Assembly: GCA_038065455.1 (NCBI GenBank)
Contig: JBBTQX010000003.1
Location: 24,253-88,252, forward strand
Length of the DNA: 64,000 nt
Source of the DNA: Patescibacteria group bacterium
GTDB lineage: Bacteria > Patescibacteriota > Minisyncoccia > UBA6257 > GWB1-50-10
Direction: 5' to 3'
Shown in pieces: positions 9,606 to 18,751 of the stretch (position 1 is the stretch's first letter; each line of letters starts with the position of its first letter). The notes below the pieces were generated by a model that did no database searches, had not been told where the DNA came from, and was given only the letters and a program-made list of their open reading frames with translations. Made by a program: the position numbers and the translations under genes.

Positions 9606-10390
9606 TTTCCTTTCAGTCTTGCCTTAAAAATCTTTATATCCACCAAAAATCTGTACCAAAATCCCTGGAGAGAGTGGAAAATCAGCCCTTCTTTTCCGTC
9701 CAAAAAGCCGAGCCGGATGAAAAAACGGTAGAAAAAATAAAGGCACGGCCGTAAAAATGGCGGCAAGCGGTAATAAAAAGAGCGTTTCGGATCATTCGCG
9801 GCTCCGCCGTTCAGGATATCCTTCACTTCCCTGTCCGAATATTTTTTGTGGCGCTCTATCCATTCTTTCAATCCTTTCCGGTTATCGTCCACAAAATCGT
9901 TTTTCAGGCGGCCGGACTCGCCTTCGAGCAATATCATATGCTCATCCATCTCTTTGTCTTCGGAACGGCCCATACCTTTCCGCCACAGCCTTAAAAACCA
10001 AATCGGATAATAGCCGCCGTGTTTTATCCAGCGTCCCATAAAATAAACGCGGCGCTTCATATAATATCCGTTGACTGCGGACCCGGAACCAATGACATTT
10101 TTTATTTCCTCCGCGAGTTCGGGAGTGAGATACTCATCGGCATCCAACTTCAAAATCCATTCGCCTTTTATTTCCAAATAATCCAGCGCCCAATTGAACT
10201 GTTCCGCCTGATTTTTGAAAGAATGGGTAAATGTTTCGGCGCCGAGTTTTTTTGCCAATTCAACCGTTCCATCCGTACTGCCAGAATCAACTACGATTAT
10301 CTGGGACGCGAGACTGCCGACGCTTTTAAGGCATCTTTCAAGATGTACGGCTTCGTCTTTGGTAAGAACTATAAGAGTAAGGTTATTCAT
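9602..10390 (-). CDS. Family 2 glycosyltransferase.
   Basis: LIVLTKDEAVHLERCL...VVDSGSTDGT GT2 signature. ATGA overlap with wecB. Confidence 0.7.
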   Translation of the reverse strand: MNNLTLIVLTKDEAVHLERCLKSVGSLASQIIVVDSGSTDGTVELAKKLGAETFTHSFKNQAEQFNWALDYLEIKGEWILKLDADEYLTPELAEEIKNVIGSGSAVNGYYMKRRVYFMGRWIKHGGYYPIWFLRLWRKGMGRSEDKEMDEHMILLEGESGRLKNDFVDDNRKGLKEWIERHKKYSDREVKDILNGGAANDPKRSFYYRLPPFLRPCLYFFYRFFIRLGFLDGKEGLIFHSLQGFWYRFLVDIKIFKARLKGK

Positions 10391-10511
10391 CCCGTTAGAG
10401 ACAGGATGCGCTCAAAAAGCGCATCCGTGATAGATTAGTTAACTCAACTTTATTGGATTTCATTGATTGTTTGATGATTATATTTTTCATAAGGTTTATG
10501 TCTCTAACGGG
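10391..10511. repeat. Copy 2 of the inverted-repeat element (121 bp). It has the same 12-bp TIRs. The hairpin GGATGCGCT...AGCGCATCC carries compensatory changes. It abuts the ATG of the 9602..10390 gene.
   Basis: Read directly from the sequence. Ends are homologous to copy 1 and the interior has diverged. Confidence 0.6.
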
Positions 10512-10512
10512 A

Positions 10513-11694
10513 TCAATTTTTCAGTATTTTATTATATTCGGCGAGCATCGCCTCCGCCACCTTATCCATTGAAAATTCTTTTTGAATCATTTCTCTGCCT
10601 TTTGCCTTAAATTGTTTTTTTAGATCTGGGTTTTTTAAAACCTTTAATATCGCTTCCGCAAACTTTTTCTCGTCTTTTTCAATAACCATGCCGGCCCCGT
10701 ATTTTTCAACATAGGGGCTTATTCCGACTTCGGGTGTAATCACAACCGCTGTTCCATATGCTCCTTCCATGGCAGCCATGCCGAAATTTTCCGAATAGGA
10801 CGGCAAAACAAAAACTGAAGAATCGCCGAAAGCAGCTGTTTTTTCGCCATCCGCAAGCATCCCTGTAAATACGACGTCTTTTCCATTTTTCAAATCATTC
10901 TTCGCTATAAAACCCCGAATTTGTTTCTCATAATTGTCTTCATCGCCGCCCGCTATGACCAGGATTGCTTTCGGCTCCTCCGCCAAGACCCGCTTGAATG
11001 CCGGAATCAAGGTATCAAAACCCTTCTTCCAATTCAAACGGCCGAGAGAGAGAATAATCTTTCTGTCGGGCGATATCCCGAATTTCTCCCTGGAAAATTT
11101 CGGAGCGGATTTTCCGCCAAATTCATCCAACTCAATTCCGTTTGGAATTATGAATGAACTTTTGAGCGGCAAGCCGGCCGCCAAGTACTCTTTCTTTTCG
11201 GCCTCGGCTGTAAAGTGGATTGCGGCTGCGCCGGCCAAATTTTTCTTCTCCACCAAATTCAGGTAAAGCCATTTTTTAAAATTGCTTTTTCTGGCCAGCG
11301 GCTCTTTCATTAAGCTTCCCCGGGGAGAAATAATATACGGCTTTTTGGATTTATTCGCATAACAGGCGCCCAAAGCGGAAGCCGCAAGAAAAACCGAAGT
11401 TATATGCACCATATCAAACTCTTTGATATTTTCTTCCAGAGCTTTGCGCAATGCGCGCGAATAAATCCAAAATCGTGGAAACGAAACGGGAAAATAAAAA
11501 ACTTTTACTCCGTCTACCGGTATCTCCCGCCCCAACGGAACGTCCAGTGTTTCGCGCCCATTTATATTCGTGGTGTAGACCGTCACATCCGCTCCTTTTT
11601 TCACAAGCCATTTATTCAAAGAATGGACGCTCTGAATCGGCCCGCCGTAGCCGTATGCGGGCAGATAGCTGGGAACGATATGGAGAATTTTCAT
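10513..11694 (-). CDS. Family 4 glycosyltransferase.
   Basis: MKILHIVPSYLPAYGYGGP N-terminus. C-terminal GT-B nucleotide-sugar binding region. Confidence 0.7.
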   Translation of the reverse strand: MKILHIVPSYLPAYGYGGPIQSVHSLNKWLVKKGADVTVYTTNINGRETLDVPLGREIPVDGVKVFYFPVSFPRFWIYSRALRKALEENIKEFDMVHITSVFLAASALGACYANKSKKPYIISPRGSLMKEPLARKSNFKKWLYLNLVEKKNLAGAAAIHFTAEAEKKEYLAAGLPLKSSFIIPNGIELDEFGGKSAPKFSREKFGISPDRKIILSLGRLNWKKGFDTLIPAFKRVLAEEPKAILVIAGGDEDNYEKQIRGFIAKNDLKNGKDVVFTGMLADGEKTAAFGDSSVFVLPSYSENFGMAAMEGAYGTAVVITPEVGISPYVEKYGAGMVIEKDEKKFAEAILKVLKNPDLKKQFKAKGREMIQKEFSMDKVAEAMLAEYNKILKN

Positions 11695-12615
11695 TTATTT
11701 CCGCTCCGAGGCGTGCTTCAGATCGCCCCAAAAACCCTCCCATTCGCCGACGCACCTCGCCAATTCCTGGATGAAATAAACCCAAAGAAAAGGGAAAAAA
11801 TCCTTCAGCTTGTTCTGGGAACGAAGGCTGATTTTTCCGACACGCAAAGTTGCGGGAATTATCAAAATAAATCTCAATACGAAAACAGCGTCCTTCGCGA
11901 GCAATTTAATAAAAAGGTAAAACAAAGAACGCTTATCCATAAAATACTGCTGGAGGGGGCCGAAGCGCCCGCGCGCCTTCCTTACATACCAGAACTCGCT
12001 GAAATTGTCCGGCTGGGGATGCTGAACCACAATCGACGGGTCATAAACTTTTTTATACCCGCCTTCGGTCAGCTTTTTCCCCAAAAGCCAGTCCCGGCAG
12101 AATCGGACGGGATAGCTCGGACCGAACATCCCCAATTTTATCGCCAAATCCTTCCGGACCGAAAACGCCTCGGTATAATACATATCATCGCGCCCTTCAT
12201 GTTCAAAGATGTGCAGTGCCCCGATAAACCGGGAAAAAACGCTTTCGGTGCGGGGATTCCGGCAATCCACCAGGACCCAATCGGCGCCCGCGTCGTATTT
12301 TTCCTTGAGCCGCTCCAAAAAATCGCGGGGCGGACGCACGTCGGCGTCGGCTTGGACTATCACGTCCCCCGTCGCCTGCTCTATTCCCAAATTAACCGCT
12401 TCGCAGCATCCTTTTCTCGGCCCGTTTATGAGACGCACGCCTCTTGAGGCGTATTCCTTGATTATTTCCGCCGTCTGGTCGGTTGAATCGTCCACAACCA
12501 GGATTTCCTTGTTCGGATAAGACAATCCGATGAAATTTTCCAATGTTTCGCGAATATCCTTCTCCTCGTTGAAAGAAGGGGTAATAATGCTGAACTTAAG
12601 GTCGTTTTTGCCCAT
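11695..12615 (-). CDS. Family 2 glycosyltransferase.
   Basis: FSIITPSFNEEKDI...VVDDSTDQT motifs. Confidence 0.7.
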   Translation of the reverse strand: MGKNDLKFSIITPSFNEEKDIRETLENFIGLSYPNKEILVVDDSTDQTAEIIKEYASRGVRLINGPRKGCCEAVNLGIEQATGDVIVQADADVRPPRDFLERLKEKYDAGADWVLVDCRNPRTESVFSRFIGALHIFEHEGRDDMYYTEAFSVRKDLAIKLGMFGPSYPVRFCRDWLLGKKLTEGGYKKVYDPSIVVQHPQPDNFSEFWYVRKARGRFGPLQQYFMDKRSLFYLFIKLLAKDAVFVLRFILIIPATLRVGKISLRSQNKLKDFFPFLWVYFIQELARCVGEWEGFWGDLKHASERK

Positions 12616-13450
12616 TAGGAACCGCTAAAATGTTATGCGACGTTCTTATGGTAGGTTCTTCCGTTATTGGCGTCAAATTATTGTCGCCTATGAGATACAA
12701 AACATAACCGACTCCGTCAAAAAAACTTTTCGCGTTGCTCCAATTAAATCCGGCCTCATTCCAATTATCCCGATTGTATTCAAAAATTACGGCGGGTTTG
12801 AATTTTTTTATGCTTTCGGCCGCGCCTTTGATAATCGGAAAATCGCTTCCCCGCGTGTCTATTTTGACGAGATCCAAGCGGCTCAATTTTTCCTCCGCCG
12901 CCAATTTATCCAAAGTCGATACCTGAACCTCAAAAGATTTTTCCAAATTATTCAGTTCATATAAGCTGGAAGTTCCTTTATCCAGCATCCGATCGCTGTA
13001 GGAAAAAAGATTCGTCTTTCCTTCTTTGTCGGACAAAGCCGATCCGAAAACTTTTATGTTATTGAAACCATTGAGCCCGATATTATCCGCCAATTTCCCG
13101 CGGATATCCGGATGCGGTTCAAAAGCAAGGACTCTTCCTTTTTCGCCGGCCAATTTGGCCATCGGAAGCGTGTGGGTGCCGATGTAAGCTCCCGCGTCAA
13201 TCGCGACAAAACCTTCTTTGATGAATTTTTTGAAAATATCGATGACTTTTTTCTCATACTGTCCGCGAAAAAAAATATCCCACTCCACATACGAGGAGGT
13301 ATCGATATTGACCAGTAATCCGTCGCCGTATCTTATCGTTCCTTTAAAACGGAATTTTTCGGGGTTGAATAGCGCCCTCAATATCCTCTGGGTTCCCCGC
13401 GGATGGAATTTCCGGGTAACGGCCGCGAGAATTCTAGCGAATATTTCCAT
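12596..13450 (-). CDS. FkbM-family SAM-dependent methyltransferase.
   Basis: DAGAYIGTHTL...VLAFEP motif typical of the FkbM domain. Confidence 0.6.
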   Translation of the reverse strand: MEIFARILAAVTRKFHPRGTQRILRALFNPEKFRFKGTIRYGDGLLVNIDTSSYVEWDIFFRGQYEKKVIDIFKKFIKEGFVAIDAGAYIGTHTLPMAKLAGEKGRVLAFEPHPDIRGKLADNIGLNGFNNIKVFGSALSDKEGKTNLFSYSDRMLDKGTSSLYELNNLEKSFEVQVSTLDKLAAEEKLSRLDLVKIDTRGSDFPIIKGAAESIKKFKPAVIFEYNRDNWNEAGFNWSNAKSFFDGVGYVLYLIGDNNLTPITEEPTIRTSHNILAVPNGQKRP

Positions 13451-14555
13451 AAATTTCTTTCAGGGATGATACGACATAGTTAAGCTCTTCTTCTGACATA
13501 ATGGGGCCGCTCGGCAGATAAAAGCCGTTCTTGCCCGTCCGATTCGCCGCCGGGCAATCGCCTTCTTTAGTCCAGCCCTGTTTTATGAAAATTTCTTGCA
13601 TATTAGCCGGAATGAACGCTTCGCGCGTCTCAATACCTTTATCTTTCAACGCTTCCATTACCTCTTTACGCTTGCCTTCCAACTTTCCTTTTAATTCCAC
13701 GTGAAACATCCAATAAACGTTTTTCGCGTAGGACTTTTCAATAGGCAGCCGGATATCGGCCAAATCTTTCAGATTTTTCAGATAAAAATCGGCTATTTCC
13801 CTCTTCTTCCGAATAACCGTTTCGATATTCTTCAACTGGGCGCAACCCAAAGCCGCCTGAATATTGGTCAGGCGGTAATTGAAGCCCACTTCGGCGTGCA
13901 TGAATTTATTCCCGCTTCCGTAAGCCAGCGATTTCAGCGACCTCGCGCGGTCCGCATATTCTTTCTTATTCGTTATGAGCATTCCCCCTTCGCCGGTCGT
14001 GATTATCTTGTTCGCATAAAAACTGAAGACGCCGATATCGCCGAGAGAGCCGGCTTTCTTTCCATTGTATTCCGCGCCGTGAGCTTCGGCCGCGTCTTCA
14101 ATGACGAAAAGATTGTGTTTTTTGGCAATGGCCAATATCGGGTCCATATCCGCCGGATGGCCATAAATATGCACCGCCATAATGGCTTTGGTCCGAGAAT
14201 TAACCTTCGCTTCAATAAGCAACGGATCCAAATTCCAGGTGTCGGGCTCAATATCTATCGGCACCGGTTTCGCGCCCGTATACAGAACCGCGAAGAAGCT
14301 CGCCATATTGGTAAACGTGGAAACCAAAACTTCGTCGCCGGGACCGATTTTTAGGGTCGCAAGCGCCAAATGGAGCGCTGTCGTGCCATTTGAAGCGGTT
14401 ACCCCGTAAGAGCAGCCGGAATACCCGGCGAATCCGTTTTCAAATTCGCCGATGAATTTTCCGAAATTGCCGGAAATTTCCCCGGAATCGAGGGCTGCCA
14501 TCACCGATTTTTTCTCTTCCTCGCCGATTAGCGGCCTAGAAACTGGTATATGCAT
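13434..14555 (-). CDS. DegT/DnrJ/EryC1/StrS-family PLP-dependent sugar aminotransferase.
   Basis: N-terminal IPVSRPLIGEEEKKSV...SGEISGNFGKF. Conserved Lys region FSFYANKIITTGEGG. 373 aa. Confidence 0.8.
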   Translation of the reverse strand: MHIPVSRPLIGEEEKKSVMAALDSGEISGNFGKFIGEFENGFAGYSGCSYGVTASNGTTALHLALATLKIGPGDEVLVSTFTNMASFFAVLYTGAKPVPIDIEPDTWNLDPLLIEAKVNSRTKAIMAVHIYGHPADMDPILAIAKKHNLFVIEDAAEAHGAEYNGKKAGSLGDIGVFSFYANKIITTGEGGMLITNKKEYADRARSLKSLAYGSGNKFMHAEVGFNYRLTNIQAALGCAQLKNIETVIRKKREIADFYLKNLKDLADIRLPIEKSYAKNVYWMFHVELKGKLEGKRKEVMEALKDKGIETREAFIPANMQEIFIKQGWTKEGDCPAANRTGKNGFYLPSGPIMSEEELNYVVSSLKEIYGNIR

Positions 14556-14577
14556 CGCTTCTGATTATACCTCAATA

Positions 14578-16359
14578 TCACTTGGATACCACATAATTTC
14601 CCAAAACCAAAATATCGATTTCGCTTCTCCTGAAAGTCGAGTAAGCGTCTGCCGGCGTATTCACTATCGGTTCGCCTTTCAGATTGAACGACGTGTTGAG
14701 AATCAAAGGCACGCCGGTTTTTTCATAAAACGCTTTTATTAATTTGTGATAGCGGGGCGATTCTTCCGCAAATACGGTCTGCGGCCGGGCTGTTCCATCC
14801 ACGTGCGTGATTGCCGGAATTATCGATTGCTTTTCCTTCCTGACATTCACGACATAAAGCATAAACCGGGCCGGCAGATGGGTTTCCGCTTCGGGCAGTT
14901 CAAAAAAATCATTCGCCTTATCTCCGAGAACCGAGGGAGCGAATGGTCGGTATGGTTCGCGGAATTTTATCTTGGTGTTCACGATATCTTTCATATCCGC
15001 CCGCCGGGGGTCGGCGATAATCGAACGGCTGCCGAGCGCGCGCGGACCCCATTCGAAACGGCCGTTAAACCAGCCGACGACTTTGCCTTCGGTAATGGCG
15101 CCCACGACGGCGCCGATCAGTTCGTTTTCATTATTGAAATAGCGATGAGCGATTTTTTCTCCGTCCAAAAAACCTTTAATCTCGGCATCGGAGTACTCGG
15201 CGCCGAAATAAGCGTGCCTCATCACGTATTTCCTGGGAGCGCCGAAAATTTGGTGTTCAACGAGCAAAGCCGAACCCAGGGCGCCGCCGGCATCGCCGGC
15301 CGCAGGCTGGATGAACATGTTTTTGAAAGGAGATTGCTTCAGCATCTTCCAATTCGCCACCGAATTCAGCCCGACACCGCCGGCCAGGCAAAGATAATCG
15401 CAGCCGGTCAATTTATGCGCCTCATTCGCGAGCCTTATGACCGCTTCCTCGTGGATTGCCTGAAGCGATGCGGCAACATCGGCATAATATTCCTGTTCCA
15501 AGGCGATTTTTTCGTATTCTTCCCCTTCCGGCTTGGGCCCGAAATAGGAAGGCCAGCCGGTTTCACGGGTAAAAAATTTTGATTTTGGGTCGCGCGGCTT
15601 TCCGAAAAGCCCGGTGAATTTATCGGAATAACTCCGACTAAGCGAGTGATGGAAGCTGAAATAACTTAAATCGAGTTCATACGAACCGTCGTCAAAAAAT
15701 TTTATCATTTTTCTAACCTTATCCGCGTATTTTGGCTTGCCGTAAGGCGCCATACCCATCACTTTGTATTCGCCTTCGTTGACCTCAAAACCGAGAAAGG
15801 CGGTAAAGGCCGAGTAAAGGAGGCCGAGCGAGTGGGGAAAGCGAATCTCCTTCAATATCCTGATCTTGGTGCCCTCTCCGATTCCAATCGTGGTCACCGC
15901 CCATTCGCCGACTCCGTCTATCGTGATAACAGCCGCCTTTTCATAAGGCGAGGAAAAGAAGGCCGATGCGCCGTGAGCCAAATGATGTTCGGCAAAGAGA
16001 ATTTTTTCGGGAGCGACATCCAGCTCTTTGGCAATAAGACTGCGAACCCACAACTTGCTCAAAAAAAGATGTTTTATGGATTCTTTGAAGACAAGGGGGG
16101 CGAACGGGAAAGTTGCCAGATTGTTTTTGAATATCCTTTCGAACTTCAAGAAGGGCTTTTCGTAGAAAATCACGTAATCCAAGTCGCGGACGTCCAGATT
16201 TCCCTCTTTAAGGACGAATTTGATGGCTTCCTTGGGAAAAGCGGAATCGTTTTTCTTCCTTGAAAAGCGCTCTTCCTCGGCCATTGCGACCGGCCGGCCG
16301 TCAACCAAAAGGACGGCGGCGGAATCGTGGTAAAAGAAGGATAATCCGAGGACTTTCAT
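14578..16359 (-). CDS. NodU/CmcH-family O-carbamoyltransferase.
   Basis: MKVLGLSFFYHDSAAVLLVDG...AEEERFSRKK N-terminal signature. 593 aa. C-terminal YrdC-like region. Confidence 0.8.
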   Translation of the reverse strand: MKVLGLSFFYHDSAAVLLVDGRPVAMAEEERFSRKKNDSAFPKEAIKFVLKEGNLDVRDLDYVIFYEKPFLKFERIFKNNLATFPFAPLVFKESIKHLFLSKLWVRSLIAKELDVAPEKILFAEHHLAHGASAFFSSPYEKAAVITIDGVGEWAVTTIGIGEGTKIRILKEIRFPHSLGLLYSAFTAFLGFEVNEGEYKVMGMAPYGKPKYADKVRKMIKFFDDGSYELDLSYFSFHHSLSRSYSDKFTGLFGKPRDPKSKFFTRETGWPSYFGPKPEGEEYEKIALEQEYYADVAASLQAIHEEAVIRLANEAHKLTGCDYLCLAGGVGLNSVANWKMLKQSPFKNMFIQPAAGDAGGALGSALLVEHQIFGAPRKYVMRHAYFGAEYSDAEIKGFLDGEKIAHRYFNNENELIGAVVGAITEGKVVGWFNGRFEWGPRALGSRSIIADPRRADMKDIVNTKIKFREPYRPFAPSVLGDKANDFFELPEAETHLPARFMLYVVNVRKEKQSIIPAITHVDGTARPQTVFAEESPRYHKLIKAFYEKTGVPLILNTSFNLKGEPIVNTPADAYSTFRRSEIDILVLGNYVVSK

Positions 16360-16365
16360 GGTTGG

Positions 16366-16602
16366 TTAAAATTCATTCTCAAAATCCTTGAGAATGGTGG
16401 GGGTTTTTTCTTTCTTTATCCAATTGGATGTTTTGGATTGGACAGCCAGCGGATTTTTACCGAAGAGCCTGAAGGGCAAGGCAAAAAGGGCAAAAATCGT
16501 GAAATAAAAAAAAACCAATACTACGCCAGAAACGAAGTTCCCGATAATCAGGCCGAACTTCATCCAACCGTCAAAAATCTTCTTGAAAATCCCGCGATTC
16601 AT
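16366..16602 (-). CDS. Small membrane protein, SxtJ-like. It is the usual partner of carbamoyltransferase genes.
   Basis: 78 aa with one hydrophobic helix. Lies immediately downstream of the carbamoyltransferase, a syntenic position known from saxitoxin-type and many other clusters. Confidence 0.4.
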   Translation of the reverse strand: MNRGIFKKIFDGWMKFGLIIGNFVSGVVLVFFYFTIFALFALPFRLFGKNPLAVQSKTSNWIKKEKTPTILKDFENEF

Positions 16603-16603
16603 C

Positions 16604-16813
16604 TCAGAAAATAGTGTAGATGAACGGCCCGAGAGGCGAACTCTGCGCGAAGATTATAATAAGGAAAAAGACGACAATAAGCGCAACCATGGGAATCAGC
16701 CACCACATCTTGTTCTGCCAAAGAAATTGGAAAAGCCGGCCCACAATCCCGAAACGGATGGAAATCGTCCGCCGGATACCCGATAACTTTTCAGAGATAT
16801 TCATGATTTCCAT
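16604..16813 (-). CDS. Small membrane protein of the DUF5989/SxtK-like type.
   Basis: 69 aa. Has the WWLIPMVALIVVFF helix and a C-terminal SPLGPFIYTIF signature. Confidence 0.5.
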   Translation of the reverse strand: MEIMNISEKLSGIRRTISIRFGIVGRLFQFLWQNKMWWLIPMVALIVVFFLIIIFAQSSPLGPFIYTIF

Positions 16814-18009
16814 TATAACCCCGATTTGGGACCGTTGAAAAGCCGCTCGACTTCTTCGGCAATCGATTCAGCCATGGCCTCGTAGCCGATAGCGAACGGA
16901 TGACTGTCCAAATAATTATTGAAAATCGGATTCTTTTTATCCCCAATCTTTTCGACCATAGAAGATCTAACATCAACTGTCGGCACATTCAATTGTTTGA
17001 AAAAATCCGTAAACATTTTTTGCACCTCTTCGTGGAAGGCGATATTCCGTTTGTAATTCTCGGGAATCGCATATCCTTTTGAAACCAGATAATCTTCCAA
17101 AACATCCGGCTTATCAGGAATGAAGACTATCAGCAGCTCCGCGCCGGCCGCTTTTATCTTTTTGGCCGTCTCACCCAAGAAATACTTCGCTAATTCGGCG
17201 CCTCTTTTTATGTTCGGCGAATCGAAGCCAATCTTCGCACCCGGTTCTCCAATGGAAAAGATTGTATTTATCACGCCATTGTTAACCACAAAAAACTCAT
17301 TCGGACTTTCTTCCGCCCATTTCAAATCCCGTCTGTGGGAAATGAAATTACTAACGGCGGGCACCTGTTTTAAAAGCATCAGAAAGCTGGAATCCCTCGC
17401 CGAATCCCTCAATCGTTCCAATAAATTTCTCTTCGGAACAATGGAATTCGGCGGAAGTAAAACATCCAGACTCTTCAGGCAATCTTCCACATCCAACCCT
17501 TTTTCCTTCGCGAAATTTTTCCAATAATCCAGCGCGAACATCCGACAGGCATCGCTCATGTCGTTTGCGGCGTAAAAGCCGAGAATGACGAGCTTGGGAC
17601 GCATTGAGAGGGCTTTATCCGCCAGGTAATAGTATTGGACTGGTCCGTAGCCGCCCATACCCATATTGTAGACCGAGCGCCCCGTCAGCTTTTCCAGTTT
17701 ACTGGGCCAGGAATCAGCGCTCAAAGCGTTAAAGCCGTAAGTTTGAGAATCGCCTAGAGTCACGATATCGGCACTTTCGGGAACACCTGGATTCCGGAAG
17801 CCGTTCGCATCCGTATCTTCGAAACTATGGGGCGGAAGCGCGTATCCGAGAATGTCGTGGTAGACGCCGTTCGGCGACATCGTCCGGTAAGCCGGAATGA
17901 TTTTCAGCCGGACCGCCGCGGTCGTCAAAAATTCCAAAAACAAAAAACCGACGGCTAAGCCGACGATAAGCAGAATTATTTTTGCCCCGAACGTTTTCAA
18001 ATTGCCCAC
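16813..18009 (-). CDS. Membrane-anchored SGNH/GDSL-family hydrolase (esterase or O-acyl transfer type).
   Basis: N-terminal TM helix. TLGDSQTYGF Ser block I. Starts at GTG. Confidence 0.5.
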   Translation of the reverse strand: MGNLKTFGAKIILLIVGLAVGFLFLEFLTTAAVRLKIIPAYRTMSPNGVYHDILGYALPPHSFEDTDANGFRNPGVPESADIVTLGDSQTYGFNALSADSWPSKLEKLTGRSVYNMGMGGYGPVQYYYLADKALSMRPKLVILGFYAANDMSDACRMFALDYWKNFAKEKGLDVEDCLKSLDVLLPPNSIVPKRNLLERLRDSARDSSFLMLLKQVPAVSNFISHRRDLKWAEESPNEFFVVNNGVINTIFSIGEPGAKIGFDSPNIKRGAELAKYFLGETAKKIKAAGAELLIVFIPDKPDVLEDYLVSKGYAIPENYKRNIAFHEEVQKMFTDFFKQLNVPTVDVRSSMVEKIGDKKNPIFNNYLDSHPFAIGYEAMAESIAEEVERLFNGPKSGL

Positions 18010-18017
18010 GGAAAAAT

Positions 18018-18671
18018 CTATTTTCTACCGACTATAATGACATTCTGAGTAAAAATTCCGGCCGAGCTGCCCGTTTCAATCAAGCGATAGAGTTTCAATC
18101 CAATTTCAATTATCCGCCAGAGGCAATGACGGATGAAGGATTTCATCCCGTGGACCACCGGCCGAACCGGATAAGCCCCCGGCTCGCGGAAACCGATTCC
18201 CGAAAGAGCGGTCTTAATGCTCTGTTCCGTAATATCCACTCTCTCCCCGAAGTGCGCGTTCCTCAGCCGACCCACCGGACTTTCGGCATTGACGCCGCGA
18301 ATAACCACGATACCGTCCTTCTTCAGCGATTTGAAAATTTCTTCCAAAAGATTGAGAGTTTCTTCTTTCGTCAAATAATCCAAAACATCTACCAAAAAAA
18401 CTCGGTCATAGTAATCGTTCTTATTTTTGAGAAAACTCAGAGCATCTCCGTGATGGATATTTTTAACACCCAAGCCGGTACCTTCGTCTATTTTTTCCCG
18501 ATTAATATCGATGCCTTCCGTATTTGAATAACCCTTATTTTGAAGCCAATTAACCATTCCTCCGCGGCCGCAACCCGCGTCTAATATTATTGCCGACTTA
18601 TCTTTCGGCAGAAATCGGCCGTACCAACCGTGCCAAACCGGAAATTGATTTTTAATATCCTTTAGATTCAT
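18018..18671 (-). CDS. Class I SAM-dependent methyltransferase.
   Basis: ILDAGCGRGGMVNWL motif I. Confidence 0.6.
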   Translation of the reverse strand: MNLKDIKNQFPVWHGWYGRFLPKDKSAIILDAGCGRGGMVNWLQNKGYSNTEGIDINREKIDEGTGLGVKNIHHGDALSFLKNKNDYYDRVFLVDVLDYLTKEETLNLLEEIFKSLKKDGIVVIRGVNAESPVGRLRNAHFGERVDITEQSIKTALSGIGFREPGAYPVRPVVHGMKSFIRHCLWRIIEIGLKLYRLIETGSSAGIFTQNVIIVGRK

Positions 18672-18713
18672 ATGTAAAATGTATACATCAACTTTTCCAT
18701 CCGGTCAAATACC

Positions 18714-18741
18714 TTGAAAAAATAATTAAAAGGCTTACAAT
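18714..18741 (+). promoter_or_regulatory. Candidate sigma70-type promoter TTGAAA-16-TACAAT, about 10 nt upstream of the ATG at 18752 (near-leaderless).
   Basis: Hexamers read from the sequence in the divergent intergenic region. Confidence 0.4.
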
Positions 18742-18751
18742 CAAAAATAAT

